From an uncultured Planctomycetales bacterium (lineage in GTDB: Bacteria; Omnitrophota; Gorgyraeia; Zapsychrales; GWA2-47-8), in contig CAYING010000004.1 of assembly GCA_964364715.1 (NCBI GenBank), positions 4,376-64,343 on the forward strand: DNA of 59,968 bases, written 5' to 3'. The position numbers and the translations under genes were made by a program. Of this stretch, positions 35,254-44,279 are shown piece after piece. How positions within the stretch are numbered: position 1 is the stretch's first letter; every line of letters starts with the position of its first letter. The notes under the pieces were generated by a model. The model was not told where the DNA came from, ran no database searches, and saw only the letters and a list, made by a program, of their open reading frames with translations.

Positions 35254-37870
35254 GCAATCAGTTTTGATTTTGGGATTTTTGGGCATGGGGATTCTCTCGA
35301 ATATCCCGGAGGCCGCTGCGGTTAATCTCACCGTCAAAACAGGGTATGCCGATCAACAATCCACCGTGAATGCCGACGGCGGTTTTGATTATCTGCCTAA
35401 CGGCGATGTTGTTATTATTCGTAATGGTATTGCTCTAACGCCGTTCATTTATATTGTTGATGCCAACGGAGATAATGTCCCGGCTGCGCCGCAGCTCATC
35501 GGCAGTATGCCTTCCGGAACGTTTAGTTCCTTTATTAAAGTTTCCCCAAACGGAACTTTTGCGGTTTTTGGGGCGACCGGATCGACAAACCCGATCAGCA
35601 AAATTAATCTATCAACTTTTGCGATCACAAATATTACCAGCATTAGCGGAAACCAAAGCCTTGCTTTTCTCAGCAACAACGAGGTTTTAATCAGTTACAA
35701 TGCCAGTTTTAGCCCTGCTTCCCCCAATCAAATTGCGTACCTTCAATTAAGTAATCCAAGCTCTCAACGGGTTCTTGCCGATATTGCCAATACTCCTTCC
35801 GGCCCCATTGCTCTCAAGGGAGGAAATCTTTATTATGTTAAAAGTACTTGGGCATTTCCGGCTCCGCCGAACAGCCATCGCCTTTTAAAGTTTCCCAAGG
35901 CAAAAATGGATCAGGCTTTATCAACGGGAATTATTTTGCGCGAGTCTGACGCGCAATTGATTACCACTCTCGACGGCGGATATGAGCTGGCGGTGAATGA
36001 ATTTAGCGATATTCTTGTCACGGATTTGAGCGGCAGAGTTTTTAAAGTCAATGAGTTGACCGGCGCGAAGGAGAACTTTTGTATAACTCAGAATTTTCCC
36101 AATGACGGGAGTTTCACACACCTCACATTTTATAAACGTAACCGGTTTTTTAATCCTTTTGAAAAATCAGAGTCGAAATTAGGAACACTTTTTGCGGATA
36201 TTACTTACAGTAATTTCACTTTAGTTCAATTAAGCCCGGTGGTTTCTGATCCATGGGCCGATAATATTATATCGTTTCAGCCGGGGCAGGGCGGGAGCGC
36301 GAATGCTGCCTTGGCTTTAGGGGCGCCCATCGGGGGCGGAACAGCCGTTCCCAATAACAGTTCTCTAGTTTTATTAGGCGATCGGGATAATCCAACGACG
36401 GCCAGTCCGGCAGCGTTGACACTTGGTTTTAATAATTCTATTCGAGATAATGCTCAAGATCTCTATGGCCTGGATTTCACGGCTTTTGGGAATTCATTTT
36501 GGGCTGGAGGAAACTCCCAGAATCGTTTTGCCGAACCGGCTATTATGGAAGTCAGCGCCGATCTCAATCACAACGGCCTGCCCGATGATGAATGGTTTAT
36601 GATTAATCCGAATACTTTACCGGCGAACTTAGGGCCGGCTAATCCGGTGCAATATAACACGCTGACCTTACGCGGTTACGCGGATTATTCTCCGACGCTG
36701 ATTTTGGGCGATACGGATGGAAATAATATTGTTAATAATCCCAATATGCCGCCGGAAGATTTTTATACGGTTCCGGACCGATTATGTGTGCCAGGCGATG
36801 CCCAAAGTTATCTGGTGGACAATAATTCCGGCGGCGGGGATTCGGCTGATATTCGGGATGGTGTGGTGCAAACTTCACCCGGTGTTCCGTTGGTTGATTT
36901 TGCCGGCCGCAATCGGTTTGTTCATCTTGATCGAGTTGATTTTGTCCGGCTGCGCGATGCCCGTAACAGCGATATTTATACGGGGATCGGTTTATCAGCG
37001 GCGGATATTGATGCGGTGGCCGCGACCAAACCCAAATTGCGCGGCACTACCACGACGGTGAGTAACGTGAGCCAGCTGATAGCAGCTTTAGCGGCCGCTG
37101 TCCCAGGGGATGAAGTTATTATGAACCCGGGAGTTTATCCGGTTACCGCGGCGCTGGTCGTTCCTCGCGGCGTCAGTTTAAAAGGAAATGCCGGTTTATG
37201 GACTCCGGATGATCCCAGCGATGACACTGTTATCCGTGGCGCCGGCCTTCCTTTAGGAGCACCGGCGATCAGCCTTTCCGATCCAGCCGGAACATTTTCC
37301 TATGAGCAGGGCTATGAAATTTCCGGAATTCATTTTGAAAAACTCGCCATCGGCATTCAGATCGATCGTCTCTATCCGGCGATTCAGTATAATTTTTTCA
37401 AAACCGCTTCGCAGTCGGTTGTGATCACGAATGCCTCCGCCAATAAAACCGTTATCCGTTACAATGTTTTTGGCGATGTCCGTCAGCGCCCTTCGATCGG
37501 CATTGACGCGGATAACAGCAAATTAGTCATCGTTCATAACACATTCGTCAATCATTCGGCGGCAGCGGCTTTTTTTCGAAATAATACGGCGGAAGGTTAT
37601 TTGAGAGATAATATTTTTTATGGTAATCAACTTGGTGTCTCCGCCGCCAACAGCGGATATGTTTATGGGCATTACAATGATTTCTTTAGAAATGGGATCA
37701 AGGCTAATCTCTCGGCGAGCGGTCTCATGGAAAATGATGTTTTATCTAAACCTTCTTTTGCGGCGGAGAAAGAAGGTGATTACCGCCTCCAAGTTAATTC
37801 ACCGGTACGCACTCTGGGCATGGGAGGGGCTGACCCGGGTGTTTACGATGGACCGAATTTTTATCCATAA
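35237..37870 (+). CDS. Large secreted protein: beta-rich (propeller-like) N-domain, central BtuH-like domain, C-terminal right-handed beta-helix
   Basis: Signal peptide (..PEAAA|V) and RBS GAGGAG. Central DPWADNIISF..DFTAFGNSF..EPAIMEVSADLNHNGLPDDEWF..GYAD..GGGDSADI..VDFVRL..DIDAV. C-terminal PGDEVIMNPGVY, Asn-ladder repeats and DYRLQ..SP. Confidence 0.65.
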   Translation: MKCFIKQSVLILGFLGMGILSNIPEAAAVNLTVKTGYADQQSTVNADGGFDYLPNGDVVIIRNGIALTPFIYIVDANGDNVPAAPQLIGSMPSGTFSSFIKVSPNGTFAVFGATGSTNPISKINLSTFAITNITSISGNQSLAFLSNNEVLISYNASFSPASPNQIAYLQLSNPSSQRVLADIANTPSGPIALKGGNLYYVKSTWAFPAPPNSHRLLKFPKAKMDQALSTGIILRESDAQLITTLDGGYELAVNEFSDILVTDLSGRVFKVNELTGAKENFCITQNFPNDGSFTHLTFYKRNRFFNPFEKSESKLGTLFADITYSNFTLVQLSPVVSDPWADNIISFQPGQGGSANAALALGAPIGGGTAVPNNSSLVLLGDRDNPTTASPAALTLGFNNSIRDNAQDLYGLDFTAFGNSFWAGGNSQNRFAEPAIMEVSADLNHNGLPDDEWFMINPNTLPANLGPANPVQYNTLTLRGYADYSPTLILGDTDGNNIVNNPNMPPEDFYTVPDRLCVPGDAQSYLVDNNSGGGDSADIRDGVVQTSPGVPLVDFAGRNRFVHLDRVDFVRLRDARNSDIYTGIGLSAADIDAVAATKPKLRGTTTTVSNVSQLIAALAAAVPGDEVIMNPGVYPVTAALVVPRGVSLKGNAGLWTPDDPSDDTVIRGAGLPLGAPAISLSDPAGTFSYEQGYEISGIHFEKLAIGIQIDRLYPAIQYNFFKTASQSVVITNASANKTVIRYNVFGDVRQRPSIGIDADNSKLVIVHNTFVNHSAAAAFFRNNTAEGYLRDNIFYGNQLGVSAANSGYVYGHYNDFFRNGIKANLSASGLMENDVLSKPSFAAEKEGDYRLQVNSPVRTLGMGGADPGVYDGPNFYP

Positions 37871-37973
37871 ATATTCGATGAAATACTTTATCCCGCACAT
37901 TTTTCTTTTGGCCACCGCGGCCAGGCGTGGGAAATCCTTTAAGCGCGGCCTACTTCTCACACTCAATTAATCC

Positions 37974-38001
37974 TTGACACTTTTTGCCGATTCTTTATAA
38001 T
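37974..38001 (+). promoter_or_regulatory. Consensus sigma70 promoter of the nonulosonate cluster
   Basis: TTGACA-N16-TATAAT, both hexamers perfect. Confidence 0.8.
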
Positions 38002-38006
38002 TATCG

Positions 38007-38023
38007 TGTTCATTTATTGAACA
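38007..38023. promoter_or_regulatory. Palindromic operator TGTTCA-N5-TGAACA at the predicted transcription start, probably bound by the adjacent MarR
   Basis: Perfect 6-bp inverted repeat 5 nt downstream of the -10 box. Confidence 0.7.
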
Positions 38024-38068
38024 TCATAAGTCTAATAATATTAATAACTTTCATTCTTAGAGCAGATT

Positions 38069-38641
38069 ATGTCTGGTGAATTTTTAGACGAGCGGGAATT
38101 CGAGTTGGTCAACATTATCGGTGCCAAATTAGGCTCTAACCAGCGCGAGCTGTCCCGCCAAATGGAGCTGTCTTTGGGCCAAACCAACATGCTCATCCGC
38201 CGGCTCGTGGCCAAAGGCTATATCCGCATTACCCAGCTGAATAAAAAAAAGATTCAATACCTGCTCACCCCCAAAGGGTTTGCCGAGAAAATGCGCAAGT
38301 CGGTCAAATACACCATCAAAACCATCACCTCGATCGAACTCATCACCGATAAAGTTAAAGAAGTGGTAAAAAGTTTATACGCGCAGGGCGAACGCGATTT
38401 TCTCGTGTTAGGCCGTTCGGATTTTGCGCTTTTGATCGAAATGATCATCAAGAGAGAGGGCTTCTTGGACTGCCGCGTCAGCTATCTGGACGACGTGCCG
38501 CCGTCCGAAATGAAAGGGACGCTGTTGGTCTGCAAAGAAGGTGTGTCTTCTGAAAATTTTAACGGCCGGCGGGTCATTGATTTTATTCACGAATTATCAA
38601 AGGATGATTATCTCGCGAGCCCGCGGGAGGAGAAAGGATAG
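38069..38641 (+). CDS. MarR-family EPS-associated winged-helix regulator with a C-terminal Rossmann-like domain
   Basis: NQRELSRQMELSLGQTN..L.RLVAKGYI and YLLTPKGFAEK, characteristic of polysaccharide-locus MarR regulators. Confidence 0.85.
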   Translation: MSGEFLDEREFELVNIIGAKLGSNQRELSRQMELSLGQTNMLIRRLVAKGYIRITQLNKKKIQYLLTPKGFAEKMRKSVKYTIKTITSIELITDKVKEVVKSLYAQGERDFLVLGRSDFALLIEMIIKREGFLDCRVSYLDDVPPSEMKGTLLVCKEGVSSENFNGRRVIDFIHELSKDDYLASPREEKG

Positions 38642-38643
38642 TT

Positions 38644-39627
38644 ATGTTCGATAAGAAAACAATTCTCATTACCGGCGGGACAGGGTCTTTCGGGCAGAAA
38701 TTCACCGAGATCCTTTTTAAAAAGCACAACCCCAAGAAGGTCATTATCCTGAGCCGCGATGAATATAAACAATATGAAATGGCGAAGACATTTCCCGATG
38801 ACAAGTATGAGATCCGCTATTTTTTGGGGGATATCCGCGATCGAGGGCGGCTTTTCCGCGCGTTTGAAGGGGTGGATTATGTGGTCCATGCCGCGGCGCT
38901 TAAGCAGGTTCCGGCTTTGGAGTATAACCCGATGGAAGCGGTCAAAACCAACGTCATCGGCGCGGACAATATCATTGATGCGGCGATCGACGCCGGAGTA
39001 AAAAAAGTCGTGGCGCTTTCGACGGATAAAGCGGTCAATCCGATCAATCTGTACGGCGCGACAAAACTTGTCGCGGAGAAGACCTTTGTCGCCGCCAACG
39101 CCTACGCCGGCGGGAAGGTGAAATTTTCCGTTGTCCGTTACGGCAATGTTGTGGGATCCCGCGGAAGCGTGATCCCGTTTTTTATGGGCCTTAAGGAAAA
39201 AGGAGCGAAAGAATTTCCAATTACCGATGAGCGTATGACGCGTTTTTGGATCACACTGGAAGAAGGAGTTGCGCTGGTCATCCGGGCGCTGGAAGAAGCG
39301 GTCGGCGGAGAAATATTTGTACCGAAGATCCCGTCGATGAAGGTGACGGACCTGGCCAAGGCGATCGAACCGAGATGCACCTTCCGGGCGATCGGCATCC
39401 GTCCCGGAGAAAAGATCCACGAGACGCTCGTTTCCGAAGATGAGGCACGAAAAACGAAACTCGCCAAAGGCTGTTACATTATTTTGCCGCAATTTGAAAT
39501 GATCAAGGACGCCTTCAAATCATATGATTCCGTCAAGAACGCTCCGACGGATTTTGTCTACCGCAGCGACACGAATGATCAGTGGCTGAAGGTGGAAGAC
39601 CTCAAAAAATTAATGAAGAGCCTATGA
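38644..39627 (+). CDS. pseB: UDP-N-acetylglucosamine 4,6-dehydratase (inverting)
   Basis: ITGGTGSFG, SRDEYKQ, HAAALKQVP, LSTDKAVNPINLYGATK, RYGNVVGSRGSV, MTRFWI and GIRPGEKIHE. Confidence 0.95.
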   Translation: MFDKKTILITGGTGSFGQKFTEILFKKHNPKKVIILSRDEYKQYEMAKTFPDDKYEIRYFLGDIRDRGRLFRAFEGVDYVVHAAALKQVPALEYNPMEAVKTNVIGADNIIDAAIDAGVKKVVALSTDKAVNPINLYGATKLVAEKTFVAANAYAGGKVKFSVVRYGNVVGSRGSVIPFFMGLKEKGAKEFPITDERMTRFWITLEEGVALVIRALEEAVGGEIFVPKIPSMKVTDLAKAIEPRCTFRAIGIRPGEKIHETLVSEDEARKTKLAKGCYIILPQFEMIKDAFKSYDSVKNAPTDFVYRSDTNDQWLKVEDLKKLMKSL

Positions 39628-40802
39628 AAAAAATTCCTTACGGCCTTCAGTCCATCGACCGCCGGGATATCCGCGAGGTCGTAAAAGTTTTGAAGTCCGA
39701 CCGGCTGACCCAGGGCCCGGCGGTCAGAAAATTTGAAGAGGCGCTGTGCCGTTCCACCGGAGCGAAATACGCCGTCGCGGTCGCGAACGGAACTGCGGCG
39801 CTGCATTTGGCGGCATTGGCCGCCGGAATCAAAGACGGTGATGAAGCGATCACCTCGCCGATCACGTTCGCAGCCTCGGCGAATTGTGTTTTGTACGCCG
39901 GCGGGCGGGTCGTTTTTGCGGATATCGAAGAAAAAACGCAGAACATCGACGCGTATGAAGTTGAGAAAAAGATCACGGCAAAGACCAGGGCCGTTATTCC
40001 GATTGATTATGCCGGGCACACGTGCGACCTTGAAAAATTATCCCAGCTTGCAAGGCAGCATAATTTAATTGTGATCGAAGATGCCTGCCACGCGATCGGC
40101 GGAGAGTATAAGGTCGGGAACCGCTGGTACAAGGTCGGCTCCTGCAGCCACAGCGATATGGCGACGTTAAGTTTTCATCCGGTGAAGACGATCACGACAG
40201 CCGAAGGCGGCGCTGTTTTGACGAACCGAAAGGATCTTTACGAAAAATTATCTCTTCTGCGCACGCACGGCATCACCAAAGACGTGTCCTGTTTTCAAAC
40301 ACCCTCTCCGGGCGAGCCGGGCGAGCAGGGCGAGTGGTATTACGAAATGCATGAGCTTGGGTTTAATTACCGGCTGAGCGATATGCAGGCCGCGCTGGGG
40401 ATTTCCCAGTTGAAGAAGCTGAACCGTTTTATTAAGCGCCGGACGCAGATCGCGCAGAAATACCAAAAGGCCTTTGCCGGAAATCCTTATTTCGACATTC
40501 CGGTTTCGCTCGACGATGAGACAGTGAAATCCGGCTGGCATTTGTATCCCATCCGCCTGAAAGATAAAGCAAGGCGGAGAAATATTTTTGACTGGTTGCG
40601 GCAAGAAGGGATCGGCGTGCAGGTGCATTATATCCCGGTGTATTGGCAGCCGTATTATCAGCGTTTGGGATTTTCCAAAGGTCTTTGTCCAAAGGCGGAG
40701 GATTTTTATGAACGCGAGATCAGCCTGCCGATGTTCCCGGCGATGAGCGCGGCGGACGTGAAACGGGTGATCAAAATTGTTTTGGAAAGTTTTAAGAGAT
40801 GA
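39624..40802 (+). CDS. pseC: UDP-4-amino-4,6-dideoxy-N-acetyl-beta-L-altrosamine transaminase
   Basis: IPYG.QSI, LTQGP, NGTAALH, SFHPVKTITTAEGG, LGFNYRLSD and QVHYIPV. The ATG at 39624 overlaps the pseB stop. Confidence 0.92.
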   Translation: MKKIPYGLQSIDRRDIREVVKVLKSDRLTQGPAVRKFEEALCRSTGAKYAVAVANGTAALHLAALAAGIKDGDEAITSPITFAASANCVLYAGGRVVFADIEEKTQNIDAYEVEKKITAKTRAVIPIDYAGHTCDLEKLSQLARQHNLIVIEDACHAIGGEYKVGNRWYKVGSCSHSDMATLSFHPVKTITTAEGGAVLTNRKDLYEKLSLLRTHGITKDVSCFQTPSPGEPGEQGEWYYEMHELGFNYRLSDMQAALGISQLKKLNRFIKRRTQIAQKYQKAFAGNPYFDIPVSLDDETVKSGWHLYPIRLKDKARRRNIFDWLRQEGIGVQVHYIPVYWQPYYQRLGFSKGLCPKAEDFYEREISLPMFPAMSAADVKRVIKIVLESFKR

Positions 40803-41683
40803 GCCCGGCCGCCTCCCAATTAGCGCTTGGCACAGCCCAATTCGGTTTAAAATACGGCATCAATAACAAGGCCGGCAGGGTTTCGCTGAATCAGGCGTTC
40901 CAGATTCTGCACTTCGCGGCGCGAAACGGTTTAAACACTTTGGATACCGCGTCGGCCTACGGGACCAGCGAAGAGGTGATCGGAGAATTTATCAAAAGAA
41001 GCGGAGCGGGTTTTAAGATCGTTTCGAAATTCTCGAAGACCGAGGATGAAGAATTTGATCTTCCGCAAAAATTCGAGCGGACCCTCCGACGGCTGGGCGC
41101 AAAAAGTATTTATGGATATTTGATCCATCATTTTAAAGATTATAAAAATAAATCAAGAATTTGGGAAGAGCTGAAAGATCTAAAAAAGAACAAGAAGGTT
41201 CAGAAGATCGGGTTTTCGCTGTATTCTCCTGATGAGTTGAAGGCGCTTTTGAAAGAAAAGATCAAGTTCGATCTGGTCCAGGTTCCGTACAGCGTTTTTG
41301 ACCGCCGATTCGAGAAAGAATTTACGAAACTTAAAAAATTGAAAGTGGAGGTCCATGTCCGTTCAGTATTTTTGCAAGGCGCGGCCTTTATGCTTCCGTC
41401 GGATCTTCCGGCGCATTTATTGAAATTGAAGGAGAGCCTGACAAAATTAAGAGACGCAGCGCTTGCGCATCGGGCGTCGGTGAGCGCGCTGTGTTTGAAT
41501 TTTGTTTCCGCGAACCCGAACGTCGGCCGAATTGTTATCGGCGTGGACAGTTTGGCGCAATTCAATGAAAATTTGGCAGATGCCCGCCCGATCGCGGGAT
41601 TTAAAAAGATCCTTCCGAGACTGAAGGAGTTGGCGGTCGAGGACGAAGATGTGCTTTTGCCGTACCGGTGGCCAACGAGATGA
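40799..41683 (+). CDS. Aldo/keto reductase (glycan-locus type)
   Basis: LALGTAQFG..YG, DTASAYGTSE, IGFSLYSP, QVPYSVFDRR and RSVFLQG. Confidence 0.88.
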   Translation: MSPAASQLALGTAQFGLKYGINNKAGRVSLNQAFQILHFAARNGLNTLDTASAYGTSEEVIGEFIKRSGAGFKIVSKFSKTEDEEFDLPQKFERTLRRLGAKSIYGYLIHHFKDYKNKSRIWEELKDLKKNKKVQKIGFSLYSPDELKALLKEKIKFDLVQVPYSVFDRRFEKEFTKLKKLKVEVHVRSVFLQGAAFMLPSDLPAHLLKLKESLTKLRDAALAHRASVSALCLNFVSANPNVGRIVIGVDSLAQFNENLADARPIAGFKKILPRLKELAVEDEDVLLPYRWPTR

Positions 41684-42219
41684 AGACGCTGGATAAAGGA
41701 ACGATCAAACTCGAGGGGAAACGCATCACTCTGCGGATCCTGAAGATCGCCGACGTCGGGGAAGAATATTTGAAGTGGATGAACGATGAAGAGATCTTAC
41801 GGTACACCGAATGCCGGGGGCGTAGTTTTACGGCGCAGGATCTTAAAGATTATGTCCAGGAAAGATATGACAACCCGGCGGATTATTTTTTCGGGATTTT
41901 TCTCAAGGACAGCCGGGTCCATGCCGGCAACATTAAGGCCGGGAACATCAAGCCGGGCGATCTCTCAGCGGATGTCGGGTTGATCATCAGCAAGGAACAC
42001 TGGAACAACGGCTACGCGTCGGAATCGATCGGCCTTGTCACGCGGTTTGCTTTTGATGAATTAGGATTGAACCGGCTGTGGGCCGGGATGTTCGAGGAAA
42101 ATCAGGGTTCTTATAAAGCGTTTGTGAAAAGCGGTTATAAAAAATTTAATTACGATGCAGCCAAAAAGATCATTCAGGTTGAGGCGTTAAAGAAAGATCA
42201 TGACAAGAAAAAGAAATAG
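41680..42219 (+). CDS. GNAT (RimJ/RimL-like) N-acyltransferase, PseH-like role
   Basis: YLKWMND, HAGNIK, WNNGYASE, AFDELGL.RL.AG and N.GS.KAF.KSGY. Confidence 0.8.
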   Translation: MKTLDKGTIKLEGKRITLRILKIADVGEEYLKWMNDEEILRYTECRGRSFTAQDLKDYVQERYDNPADYFFGIFLKDSRVHAGNIKAGNIKPGDLSADVGLIISKEHWNNGYASESIGLVTRFAFDELGLNRLWAGMFEENQGSYKAFVKSGYKKFNYDAAKKIIQVEALKKDHDKKKK

Positions 42220-43519
42220 CGGCATTGCTCTTTGGCAGAAGGCCAAGAAGATCATTCCCGGCGGGAATCAGCTTTTGTCCAAACGCGCCGAAATGTTCTT
42301 GCCCGACCAATGGCCGGCGTATTACAAAAAAGCCAAAGGTGTTTTTGTCTGGGACATCGACGATAATAAGTATATTGATATGTCGATTATGGGCATGGGG
42401 ACGTGTATGCTCGGCTATGCCGACGACAAAGTGAACGCGGCGGTCACGAAAGCGGTTGATGACGGTTCCATGGCAACGCTCAATTGTCCGGAAGAAGTTG
42501 CACTCGCGGAGAAATTGATTAAACTTCACCCGTGGGCTCAGATGGCGCGTTTTGCCCGTTCCGGCGGGGAAGCGACCGCGATCGCGGTCCGGATCGCCCG
42601 GGCGTTCTCGAAAAAAGATAAGATCGCCTTCTGCGGTTATCACGGATGGAACGATTGGTATTTGGCAGCCAATCTGGCCGACGGCAAGAATCTGGACGGA
42701 CAGCTTTTACCGGGGCTCTTGCCGGCCGGTGTCCCGCGCGCCTTAAAAGACAGCGTCCTGCCGTTCCATTACGGGAAGATCGAGGAGTTTAAAAATATTG
42801 CCGCCAAATACGGCGATTCTCTGGGTGTGGTTATTATGGAAGTGGGACGCAATACTCCGGATGTGAGTTTTCTGAAAGAAGTTCAAACCCTTGCCAAAAA
42901 GATCGGGGCGGTCTTGATCTTTGATGAGGTTTCGTCGGGATTCCGCCTGCGGACGGGGGGGATGCATATTTTGTATGGATTGGAGCCGGATATGACCATC
43001 CTCGGGAAAGCGATGGGCAATGGTTTTCCGATCACCGCGGTGTTGGGGAAACAGAATGTGATGCAGGCAGCGCAGGATTCATTTATCAGCAGCACGTTTT
43101 GGTCGGAAAAAGTCGGCTTTGCCGCTGCCTTGGCAACGATCGCGCAATATGAGCAGTTGAACGTCCCAAAACATTTAACTGAGATCGGAGAATATCTCGG
43201 GCAGGGGCTTAAGAAAATATTTTTAAAATATAAATTGAACATCGACATCGTCGGATTGGCGCCGGTCCCGACGCTTGCGATCAAAGAGAAAGATGCTTTG
43301 CTGATCAAGACGGTATTTACACAGGAAATGCTGAAGCGGGGGTTTTTGGCATCGACGGTGATCTATGTGTCCTATGCGCATACGAAAAAGATCGTTGACC
43401 AGTATTTAGAGCAGACCGACGAAGTTCTTAAGACTATCGCAGCAGCGTATCAGAAAAAAGAGCTGGAGAAAATGCTGGAGGGGCCGGTGTGCCACAGCGG
43501 TTTCAGCCGGTTGACCTGA
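42200..43519 (+). CDS. Class III aminotransferase (GSA-aminomutase-like, glycan-locus type)
   Basis: IPGGNQLLSKR, DIDDNKYID, SGGEA, GYHGWNDW, LIFDEVSSGFR and LGKAMGNGFP. Confidence 0.88.
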   Translation: MTRKRNSGIALWQKAKKIIPGGNQLLSKRAEMFLPDQWPAYYKKAKGVFVWDIDDNKYIDMSIMGMGTCMLGYADDKVNAAVTKAVDDGSMATLNCPEEVALAEKLIKLHPWAQMARFARSGGEATAIAVRIARAFSKKDKIAFCGYHGWNDWYLAANLADGKNLDGQLLPGLLPAGVPRALKDSVLPFHYGKIEEFKNIAAKYGDSLGVVIMEVGRNTPDVSFLKEVQTLAKKIGAVLIFDEVSSGFRLRTGGMHILYGLEPDMTILGKAMGNGFPITAVLGKQNVMQAAQDSFISSTFWSEKVGFAAALATIAQYEQLNVPKHLTEIGEYLGQGLKKIFLKYKLNIDIVGLAPVPTLAIKEKDALLIKTVFTQEMLKRGFLASTVIYVSYAHTKKIVDQYLEQTDEVLKTIAAAYQKKELEKMLEGPVCHSGFSRLT

Positions 43520-43520
43520 T

Positions 43521-44279
43521 ATGATCCTGGCCATTATTCAGGCGAGAATGTCGTCCACCCGGCTTCCGGGGAAAGTGATGAAAGAGATCCTGGGAAAGCC
43601 CCTGATCGGCTATTTGCTTGAGCGGGTCGCCGGGGCCAAGATGATTTCAAGGATTATTTTGGCGACGTCGACGGATAAATCGAACGATGCCTTGGCGGAA
43701 TATGTGAGTTCTTTGGGAATCGAGGTTTTTCGCGGCAGTGAGAATGACGTCCTGGACCGGTATTACCGGGCGGCCGCACGGTATATGCCGCAGGCCGTGG
43801 TGCGCATCACCGGCGATTGTCCGATCCTGGACCCGCGGGTGATCGATCAGGTCGTAAAATTTTTTACGGACCGGAATTTTGATTATGTCTCGAACATTGA
43901 ACCGCCGACTTTCCCGGATGGTATGGACATCGAAGTATTTTCCTTTCGGCTTTTGAAGGCAGCCCGGGAAAAAGCGAACCTGCCTTCGGAGCGGGAACAT
44001 GTCACGCCGTATATGCGTAACCGTGACGGCATCAAGCGGGGGAATGTGACGAATAAGGAAGACCTTTCTGCCGAACGCTGGACCGTGGATAACAAGGAGG
44101 ATTTTTCTTTGATCAAAAAGATCATCGAGGAGATTTATCCGCGCAAGAAAATATTTTCGATGCAGGATGTCCTGGACTATAAAAAGAAGAACCCGCGGGC
44201 TTTTAAAGCGAATAAGAAGTATCAACGTAACGAAGGCTTAAAACGTTCTTTGAAAAATGATCGTGTGGTCAAAAAATGA
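43521..44279 (+). CDS. spsF: SpsF-like cytidylyltransferase (CTP_transf_3)
   Basis: IIQARMSSTRLPGKV, RGSENDVLDRY, RITGDCP, PDGMDIE, REHVTPY and RWTVD. Confidence 0.88.
   Translation: MILAIIQARMSSTRLPGKVMKEILGKPLIGYLLERVAGAKMISRIILATSTDKSNDALAEYVSSLGIEVFRGSENDVLDRYYRAAARYMPQAVVRITGDCPILDPRVIDQVVKFFTDRNFDYVSNIEPPTFPDGMDIEVFSFRLLKAAREKANLPSEREHVTPYMRNRDGIKRGNVTNKEDLSAERWTVDNKEDFSLIKKIIEEIYPRKKIFSMQDVLDYKKKNPRAFKANKKYQRNEGLKRSLKNDRVVKK

Noticed and set aside
38608-39492. 294-aa minus-strand ORF
   Set aside because: It is an antisense shadow of the highly conserved pseB, with no recognisable motifs.
42200-43519. hemL for tetrapyrrole/B12 synthesis, given the nearby B12 operon
   Set aside because: It lacks the HemL GGVNSPVRA N-terminal motif (has GGNQLLSKR) and is embedded between GNAT and spsF genes in the Pse cluster.
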